A stretch of DNA of 64,000 nt from a phage, in the sequence record OZ346228.1. One strand, 5' to 3'. Shown one piece after another: positions 57,630 to 64,000 of the stretch. The notes beneath the pieces were generated by a model that worked only from the letters and a program-made list of their open reading frames with translations, was not told the DNA's origin and searched no databases. The stretch's first letter is position 1; every line of letters starts with the position of its first letter. Both the position numbers and the translations under genes were made by a program.

Positions 57630-57924
57630 TGCAGTCCTCCTTCTGTAGTAGGTCTTTTATAGGATAAACAAGTAAGTGTGGATCGGAATAACGTATAGTC
57701 CTATTCTGCCACACTATGAACTTTATTACAACCAAATTTACAATATCTTTATCACCATGTAGCCCAACACACACATTTGTCCATATTTTGTGGTTGAAGA
57801 TCTTGCTATCGATGTAGATTTTAGTGTCAAACTTATCTTCCATTCTACCTATAAGTTTGATCAGCTCCTTCATCTGGTCGCCAAACACAGCATCTTTTTC
57901 AAGATCTCTGGAATGCTTGTACAT
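57616..57924 (-). CDS. hypothetical protein
   Basis: Co-oriented ORF. Confidence 0.45.
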   Translation of the reverse strand: MYKHSRDLEKDAVFGDQMKELIKLIGRMEDKFDTKIYIDSKIFNHKIWTNVCVGLHGDKDIVNLVVIKFIVWQNRTIRYSDPHLLVYPIKDLLQKEDCNAVI

Positions 57925-57986
57925 AACTAACTACCTCACTGCATACTTTCCATAATAAGTAAAGCCGGGTAATCCCGGCTATGTTG

Positions 57987-58700
57987 TTAAATATACTCTG
58001 TTACATCCTTGAAGCTCGAAGGCTTCATAATCTTACCTTTACTGTCAAGGAATATAATAACTTTATTACCGTTGTAGAACTCCTCTTTAGCAACGAAACC
58101 TTCGTAGCGACCACCAAAACGACGCTCAAGATCTTCAATCTCTAACTCTATGAGCAATTCAGTAGACATATCTGCACTGGCACCGTGAGAATATCGTAGA
58201 TGGTTGATCCGTGCAAACTTGCTGTCATTAGATTTGAGAACCTTCCGCATCATCCCACACACATCGCCGCGAAGCTGGAACAGCAAAGCTGTTGACAACT
58301 CCGCTAAGCGGTAAGCTGACGCTCTTTGCTTGGATGTGTTTTTCGCAGCGATCAGTGTATCATAGAACTCACCGATCTTGAACTTAAGACCTCGTGGATT
58401 ATCAAACAGGTTTGACCACTTTTCGTGATTATCATTAACAAGATAAGCGGCATAACTTGTGACAACGTGAAGATCGCAGGCCTCTTTTAGCAGGTGATCT
58501 CCACCATCACCTTTCTCCAGCTCTTCCAAAACCTCATTGAACTCTTCCTCAATGAAGCTAAGCTGTAATTCGAATGGTGTGTATGATTTTTTCACTTTAG
58601 CTGCCACACGGTTCCAGTTTTCCACCCAGTTGGCAGACCAAAGGTAGTTTTCAGGCTGAGACAGTTTTTCCAGGTTGTCGATCAGTTTAGTATTCAGCAT
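57987..58700 (-). CDS. hypothetical protein (possible MazG-like segment)
   Basis: IEEEFNEVLEELEKG..EACDLHVV weakly MazG-like. Confidence 0.5.
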   Translation of the reverse strand: MLNTKLIDNLEKLSQPENYLWSANWVENWNRVAAKVKKSYTPFELQLSFIEEEFNEVLEELEKGDGGDHLLKEACDLHVVTSYAAYLVNDNHEKWSNLFDNPRGLKFKIGEFYDTLIAAKNTSKQRASAYRLAELSTALLFQLRGDVCGMMRKVLKSNDSKFARINHLRYSHGASADMSTELLIELEIEDLERRFGGRYEGFVAKEEFYNGNKVIIFLDSKGKIMKPSSFKDVTEYI

Positions 58701-58713
58701 TAAAGGTCTCCTT

Positions 58714-59475
58714 TTAAAGTTCCATAAAGTTTTCTACAGTTTCAATAAATGCTTTATCAGAGAAAGCGTCAACAGCACCGTTAAACCATACAGGGATCCC
58801 GCGATCCTCATATTGATAAAGGTCGCTACGTGAAATGCCACTCCCATCTGCACTCTGCGAGTCATACTTGTTTACAATCAGCAGTTTTGTGCCTTTACAA
58901 GTAGCAGGAAACAATTCCCAGTTAAAATTAATAACTGTGTTAGAACAACCTACTAGGATCACCATATCATTGCTTGTGAGAGATGTCAACAGGTCATACA
59001 TGTCTGTATACTTAGGAGCAACCTCACCGAAGAACACTACATTGGGCTTAACCCAGGTATACTTGCCTGTATCTACCTCCGTGTATCCGATATTTTTAAT
59101 TACATCATTACCTTCAGCATCTTCGTAGGTGATTTCAGGCAAATACCCGTGGACATGTAAAATATCTTCATGTTTTACACCAGCACGCTCCAGCAAATCA
59201 TCTACATTGGTGGTAAGGTTGATCACACGACCAGACCAGCGGGAATACCACTCAGCGATCCGAAGATGTGCAAGGTTAGGATCAACACTGCCCAGAGCTA
59301 CACGACGTGCATTGTAAAAGTCATGCACCTTATAGTAGTTCTTGGCAAAGGTGTGGATGTTGCACACCTCATCGATGCTGAAATTCTCCCACATTGCAGT
59401 GCTACCAGATCGGAAAGTGGGAATACCAGATTCAGCGCTCAAACCAGCACCGGAGATAATAATCAGTCGTCGCAT
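58714..59475 (-). CDS. Sir2-family NAD-dependent protein (no zinc ribbon)
   Basis: ISGAGLSAESGIPTFRS, LTTNVDDLLERAG..HVHG, VVFFGE; no CxxC..CxxC pairs in small-domain region. Confidence 0.75.
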   Translation of the reverse strand: MRRLIIISGAGLSAESGIPTFRSGSTAMWENFSIDEVCNIHTFAKNYYKVHDFYNARRVALGSVDPNLAHLRIAEWYSRWSGRVINLTTNVDDLLERAGVKHEDILHVHGYLPEITYEDAEGNDVIKNIGYTEVDTGKYTWVKPNVVFFGEVAPKYTDMYDLLTSLTSNDMVILVGCSNTVINFNWELFPATCKGTKLLIVNKYDSQSADGSGISRSDLYQYEDRGIPVWFNGAVDAFSDKAFIETVENFMEL

Positions 59476-59483
59476 AAGTGTCC

Positions 59484-59834
59484 TCAGTAGATGTTTTGTT
59501 TAATCTCTATTCCAAACTTCTTGAATGAGTCAGCAGCAAGCATAAATTTACGAGCTGCCGATGGATTAGAAGTATGCACGAAAATAATCACGTTGTCAAT
59601 AAGTGGTGGCTTTCCGAATACAAGTTTCTCCTCTAGCGCAGAGAAGCAGTCGTACCCTTCAAGCACTTCACCTAGATCATTGTCAAAATACCACTCAGAT
59701 ACGCGTCTGTAGAGCTTTCTCTTATCATTAAGAAAATCCATAAACTCAGAAGAATTCTTTAGCCACAGAGCGTCTGGGAGTCCATAATCTGACGGATCTC
59801 TAAAATCATCAAGCCACACAATCCACTTCTTCAT
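59484..59834 (-). CDS. hypothetical protein
   Basis: 4-nt overlap with RNA ligase gene. Confidence 0.5.
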   Translation of the reverse strand: MKKWIVWLDDFRDPSDYGLPDALWLKNSSEFMDFLNDKRKLYRRVSEWYFDNDLGEVLEGYDCFSALEEKLVFGKPPLIDNVIIFVHTSNPSAARKFMLAADSFKKFGIEIKQNIY

Positions 59835-60766
59835 TGCATATAGTCCTCGTTGTGGAAATAGTAGTCCAGTATCTCACGACGCTCCTGCTCTAATAAGCAA
59901 TTCCACACATCTTCTGTATAGTTGCTACGAATAAATTTTACCATACCGTAAAACTCTTCGTCAACACGTTTAAAGATATCATCATCCCAAATCTTCCAAG
60001 CTTTACCCCTCATTACTGCCTTCCGTGCCAGATAGTATGGAGACTTGATCTTCAGCTGCAGATCATAAGGGTAGTAAGGCTTACGAATCATATACCCTTC
60101 ACCTCTTGTTTCTGCAGCTAATTCTTTTGCATAGCTGAACGGAATTTCACGCACAGTGTTAGGACGTTTTGCACCAAGGTATTTGGCAATCCCATCTAAA
60201 GCTGCTTCTGGTAGCATTATTCCAGAATCATTATATCTGCAACCTATCAAATATGCGCCATGGTCTTCTTGAACAATATGCGGATCTGAAGGGTGACAAA
60301 TTTCAAACATGAATGTCATGTTTTCATTGCCCATAACCTTCTTGATAAGATCTAAATTACCACATTGCTCTTGGATGGTTTCCTTTGCAAGGTTACAATA
60401 TGGAGAATCAAGAGACCCGGTTGTTGAGAACAATAGGTCACCTTTATGAGATGATACCACACCAAGGAATCCGTTCTTTTTCTCTACCGCAGTCACAAGC
60501 TTATTGTCAGGCAGGTTGGTGGAGTTTTCTCCCAAGTTAAACACTTTTGTGAAGGGCCATGCCACAACATTTCCTTCATTACCTACAACAATGCCTCGGC
60601 ACTCCAGTAAACGAGGGGACAAATGCCATAAATTGTTGTAAAATACTTTTCTAGCATATTTATAGATCTTTAACCCGAGATCTGGGTAATACCTACTGGT
60701 TACAAGACCTTTGTCAACTAGGTCGTCTGCATTAAAATACTTCATTATATGTTCCTCATTTGTCAT
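59831..60766 (-). CDS. RNA ligase, T4 Rnl1-like
   Basis: LECRGIVV, KVFNLGEN, motif I EKKNGFLGV, GDLLFSTTGSL parallel T4 RnlA LECRGIMF, KFFNLNEN, TKEDGSL, GDEILFKSKGSI (from memory); start may be ATG at 60745. Confidence 0.75.
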   Translation of the reverse strand: MTNEEHIMKYFNADDLVDKGLVTSRYYPDLGLKIYKYARKVFYNNLWHLSPRLLECRGIVVGNEGNVVAWPFTKVFNLGENSTNLPDNKLVTAVEKKNGFLGVVSSHKGDLLFSTTGSLDSPYCNLAKETIQEQCGNLDLIKKVMGNENMTFMFEICHPSDPHIVQEDHGAYLIGCRYNDSGIMLPEAALDGIAKYLGAKRPNTVREIPFSYAKELAAETRGEGYMIRKPYYPYDLQLKIKSPYYLARKAVMRGKAWKIWDDDIFKRVDEEFYGMVKFIRSNYTEDVWNCLLEQERREILDYYFHNEDYMQ

Positions 60767-60809
60767 TTTGTCAGTCTATCCTGCCACACAAATAACCTAG
60801 TGTCAACAC

Positions 60810-60838
60810 TTGAAATTAACAAAACAGTTAGGTATACT
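60810..60838 (+). promoter_or_regulatory. sigma70-like promoter in divergent region
   Basis: TTGAAA, 17-nt spacer, TATACT. Confidence 0.45.
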
Positions 60839-60866
60839 ACCGTTGAAATTAAAACGGAGGGTCGCT

Positions 60867-61277
60867 ATGTCTAAAATGCTATATATCGTGCGTGGTCTAC
60901 CAGGGTCTGGCAAATCAACACTGGCAAATGAGCTATCTTTAGAGGGTCTGTATCCACATTTTGAGAACGACATGTTCTGGTATGACGATGACGGCAATTA
61001 CAACTGGGATGCAAGTAAAGTAACACTCGCAGCAAAATGGTGCAAAGATAACGTAGAAGATATGATGCGTATGGGATACGACCGTATCGTGGTAAGTAAT
61101 ACGTTTACAAAAGAAAAACATGTGCAGGAATATGTTGACATGGCAATCACTCACGGGTATAGTTATACCGTGATCGTGGTTGAAAACCGCCACGGTAATA
61201 AAAGCATTCATGATGTTCCAGACAAGGTTGTGGATCGTATGGAACGCCAGCTTAAAAACTGCATTAAACTTAAATGA
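60867..61277 (+). CDS. P-loop polynucleotide kinase-like protein
   Basis: RBS ACGGAGG; Walker A VRGLPGSGKSTLA; divergent from RNA ligase. Confidence 0.6.
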   Translation: MSKMLYIVRGLPGSGKSTLANELSLEGLYPHFENDMFWYDDDGNYNWDASKVTLAAKWCKDNVEDMMRMGYDRIVVSNTFTKEKHVQEYVDMAITHGYSYTVIVVENRHGNKSIHDVPDKVVDRMERQLKNCIKLK

Positions 61278-61284
61278 GGAATGT

Positions 61285-61839
61285 ATGAAATACTTTGTAA
61301 CAAGCGACACACACTTTCTCCACCAGCGGGTCATGGAGTTTGATTCATGTCAAAAACACAGATCTCAGTATGATCACAATCTTGACAGTATGAATGCAGG
61401 AATCATCGCCGAGTGGAACTCTGTTGTGTCACCTGCAGACACTGTGTTCCACTTGGGAGATATTGCGTGCACTAATGATAAGAATATCAACAACTTACTT
61501 CCAGATATTCTAAATATGTTGAACGGACATATTATTCTTGTTCGTGGCAACCATGACACAAGGACGACTGTCAGAATTATGAAAGAGTTCGGTCATGAGG
61601 TTGTAGATTATTACGAGCTTCGCCACAACAAGAATTTGATCTGTATGAGCCATTACCAGTTTGCAAAGTGGAACAGAAAGCCTCACGGATCAGTCCAACT
61701 GTTCGGTCATGCTCACGGAACCACACAACAGTTGTTTGGCAGGCAGCTTGATGTCGGTTGGGATGTGTGGGGGAGACTCTTACCATTAGAAGAGGCATAC
61801 CGTATTGCAATGAGTTTTGATATTGACAGCAGGGAGTAA
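61285..61839 (+). CDS. calcineurin-like metallophosphoesterase
   Basis: RBS TGAGGA; motifs SDTHFLH, HLGDIA, VRGNHD. Confidence 0.7.
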   Translation: MKYFVTSDTHFLHQRVMEFDSCQKHRSQYDHNLDSMNAGIIAEWNSVVSPADTVFHLGDIACTNDKNINNLLPDILNMLNGHIILVRGNHDTRTTVRIMKEFGHEVVDYYELRHNKNLICMSHYQFAKWNRKPHGSVQLFGHAHGTTQQLFGRQLDVGWDVWGRLLPLEEAYRIAMSFDIDSRE

Positions 61840-61886
61840 TCCCTGCTATTTTAAAGAAAATTGCCACACAAGGAGAATCAGGAGAT

Positions 61887-62237
61887 ATGAAAGATGGGGA
61901 TAAGCTGCTATATCTTAAAGTCCCCCTTGAAATACTATCTATGTCAAAAGTTTTGAATGACACAACTGGGGAGGTTGTTGTTCTTGACTTGTATGACAAG
62001 ATCGTATACTGCTACCTGCACAACTGGTATAAGCTTGGAGGAAATTCACGCTTCACACCAAGCACAAGGAAAATTGCAGCAGATGTTGGGATAAAGAAAA
62101 CAAAAGCAGCAGCGTGCGTTAAAACTTTAGAATGTGCAGGAGTGGTTGAAACATCCACACAAGGGAGAGGTAAAAGATGCACATTTTCCAAAGTTTTGCC
62201 ACCAGAAGAAGTTATTCGGATGTCAACAACTGGTTAG
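61887..62237 (+). CDS. putative DNA-binding (HTH-like) protein
   Basis: RBS AAGGAG; STRKIAADVGIKKTKAAACVKTLECAGVV resembles an HTH; followed by palindrome array. Confidence 0.5.
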   Translation: MKDGDKLLYLKVPLEILSMSKVLNDTTGEVVVLDLYDKIVYCYLHNWYKLGGNSRFTPSTRKIAADVGIKKTKAAACVKTLECAGVVETSTQGRGKRCTFSKVLPPEEVIRMSTTG

Positions 62238-62311
62238 ACCAGTAAAAACTTAAATATCTGTACTATAAGGATTCGTATGTTTTATGTTCGCCATGGAACG
62301 GATACTATTAA

Positions 62312-62394
62312 CTGTCCGTGATACGGACACTACTGTCCGTCACGCGGACACATCTGCCCGTAATACGGACACTAACTGTCCGTGATACGGACAC
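62312..62394. repeat. Four tandem 19-bp palindromic sites, 21-22 bp period
   Basis: CTGTCCGTGATACGGACAC, CTGTCCGTCACGCGGACAC, CTGCCCGTAATACGGACAC, CTGTCCGTGATACGGACAC; followed by ~130 bp AT-rich DNA. Confidence 0.6.
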
Positions 62395-62528
62395 ATAAAG
62401 AATATAACTAAAATAACTAAATAATAAAAAATAAAAGATCTAGTACTTATGGTACTAAGTACATATACTTAACTTATGTAGAATATACTAGATCCTAAGT
62501 ACCATGTTTTAAATTTATTACTTACTAT

Positions 62529-62790
62529 GGGCAGTGTCGGCCCTTCATTGGCACTCGCCTACGAGGGGGCGAGATGCCGGGCCTCCTTGGCGCACACAAT
62601 AACAGAAGTTCATACATGCAGGTCTGTTAACATGTGTGGGAGCGAAGCGATAGCGCAGGCCAAAGGCCGAGCACTGATGTGGACCACCGACGAAAGCTTG
62701 CCAGCGCCGTAAGGAGTCGGTTGAGAGTCTCCCGCGCGAGCTTGGATGAAGTTTATGTGTGGAAACTGACAAGAAGGCCCCTAAATCGCT
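62529..62790. other. GC-rich structured non-coding element (candidate ncRNA)
   Basis: ~260 nt of sharply higher GC flanked by AT-rich DNA; hairpins GGCACTCGCC..GGCGAGATGCC and GGCC-AAA-GGCC; track ORFs here on both strands look spurious. Confidence 0.3.
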
Positions 62791-62898
62791 CCACAGCTAT
62801 ATAAACTATACCAGGTAATGCAATCGCACCAGTTTGATAGAAAAGCTCGTTACAAAGCGATACAGTGAGTTTTTCTATAACTTGAAGAGGAGGCAGCT

Positions 62899-63477
62899 AT
62901 GGGTTCACGCAAAGATGACCGTGAAAAGATTGCAAAACGTTATCAGAATGAAGAACAGATGGAGAAAACTTTCAAGTGGAAGCCAGGTTTCCAGCGTAAT
63001 CATTCTAACGCTCGTGATCGTAAGCATCCGGATAAGTGGCTAACACCGCCAAATGATGGCATGCAGGTTGGGGATGAGAAGGAGATGTCGCCTGGAAAAG
63101 ATGGCAACTACATTCGCACTAAGGACGCTGGTCCAAAGGATGACAGCTATCTTGTAGATAAGGTTCTTGATGGTATCAATGTAGATGTTGACACTGCACG
63201 AAACCTTTTTCTTGGGTGGTATCGCACAGGTTTTTTCGACATCAAGGCTATTCGTCGTGTTTGTGATATTAAAAAGTCTGCATATGATGACGACTCGTTA
63301 CATCGCACCCTGAGACAATATTCAGAAAGATATGGTCATCCGGTTATCACTCTTGACGATGTTAACGAAGTGATGTATCATGCAGAGGTTGTTGCAGGAA
63401 GATTCGGTGATGCATATCTTGATATCCTTTCTGCAAAGGATGAGGTAATGTTAAATAAGATTTACTATGAACGCTGA
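62899..63477 (+). CDS. hypothetical protein
   Basis: RBS GAGGAGG; 192 aa. Confidence 0.55.
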   Translation: MGSRKDDREKIAKRYQNEEQMEKTFKWKPGFQRNHSNARDRKHPDKWLTPPNDGMQVGDEKEMSPGKDGNYIRTKDAGPKDDSYLVDKVLDGINVDVDTARNLFLGWYRTGFFDIKAIRRVCDIKKSAYDDDSLHRTLRQYSERYGHPVITLDDVNEVMYHAEVVAGRFGDAYLDILSAKDEVMLNKIYYER

Positions 63478-63487
63478 GGAGCGCTTA

Positions 63488-63676
63488 ATGAACAACCCGG
63501 TAGCAAAGAACTGTAATAAGTTCAACAAGTCTGCAATTCACACTGACAGGAAAAAGAGCTGGTCTCCTGACATTGACGAGGAGCTTGAGAGTTACTTTGA
63601 AGACCTGGTCACTAATGCAGATGAGGTTGCGATTAAAGAATACGCAGACAGGAAGGATAAGGCCGGAATCTGTTGA
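63488..63676 (+). CDS. hypothetical protein
   Basis: RBS TGAGGAG before internal ATG. Confidence 0.45.
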   Translation: MNNPVAKNCNKFNKSAIHTDRKKSWSPDIDEELESYFEDLVTNADEVAIKEYADRKDKAGIC

Positions 63677-63752
63677 CAAAAATAGTGTTACCTGATAAGA
63701 TCTGCAATATGATGTGATGCAATTTTAACTTACGAGGTCTACAGGTAATGCT

Positions 63753-63995
63753 ATGTTTAAGGTTAAGCTCGTTTTTCGTTCCATGAATGAGGATTATTTA
63801 GAAGATGAAGGTGAATTTCGTGCACTGGATGATGCAATAGATTTTGCCAACGACTTAGCTTGTATGAATACGGGTTATGGGCTATGCTGTTGGGATGGTG
63901 GTGTTCAGATCGGTGATAGCAAGATCTTCTACTTCTACCCTGAACCTGATAACAAACAAATTAAGTATGTTTTATTTATTTGTGCTTTACAATGA
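63753..63995 (+). CDS. hypothetical protein
   Basis: 80-aa ORF, stop at 63993-63995. Confidence 0.5.
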   Translation: MFKVKLVFRSMNEDYLEDEGEFRALDDAIDFANDLACMNTGYGLCCWDGGVQIGDSKIFYFYPEPDNKQIKYVLFICALQ

Positions 63996-64000
63996 GGTTG

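Noticed and set aside
62312-62394. Possible CRISPR array
   Set aside because: Only four units, no variable spacers between them, and each unit is itself palindromic, so these are protein-binding sites not CRISPR repeats

Overview
This window reads as a 64-kb stretch of a virulent tailed-phage genome with roughly 140 small, tightly packed genes and no structural genes. I could not run any database search, so every product call rests on motifs read directly from the translations. Three blocks are visible: (1) + strand 1-13100, a T7-like replication core (gp4-like primase/helicase, family A DNA polymerase, a protein carrying the E. coli SSB C-terminal tip FDDDIPF) plus small ORFs and a macro-domain gene; (2) + strand 14280-20940, about 20 small ORFs each behind a near-consensus sigma70-type promoter, which looks like an early host-takeover region; (3) - strand 23126-60766, a long leftward array holding ribosome hibernation factor HPF, a ClpP-family protease, PhoH, class I and class III ribonucleotide reductases, ThyX, two Dam-like methyltransferases, two resolvases, a FEN, a lambda R-like endolysin, ATP-dependent DNA ligase, a Sir2-family protein and an Rnl1-type RNA ligase. 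The + strand resumes at 60867 with a polynucleotide kinase and a metallophosphoesterase that, with the RNA ligase, make a putative RNA healing-and-sealing module. Both the DNA polymerase gene and nrdD appear to be split by group I introns, each carrying an HNH homing endonuclease. Three non-coding regions (13101-14280, 20940-23125, 62240-62895) are dense with repeats, palindromes and Fur-box-like motifs and are the least explained parts of the window. No rRNA, tRNA or CRISPR array was recognised by eye. Promoter, terminator and exact splice-site coordinates are approximate.
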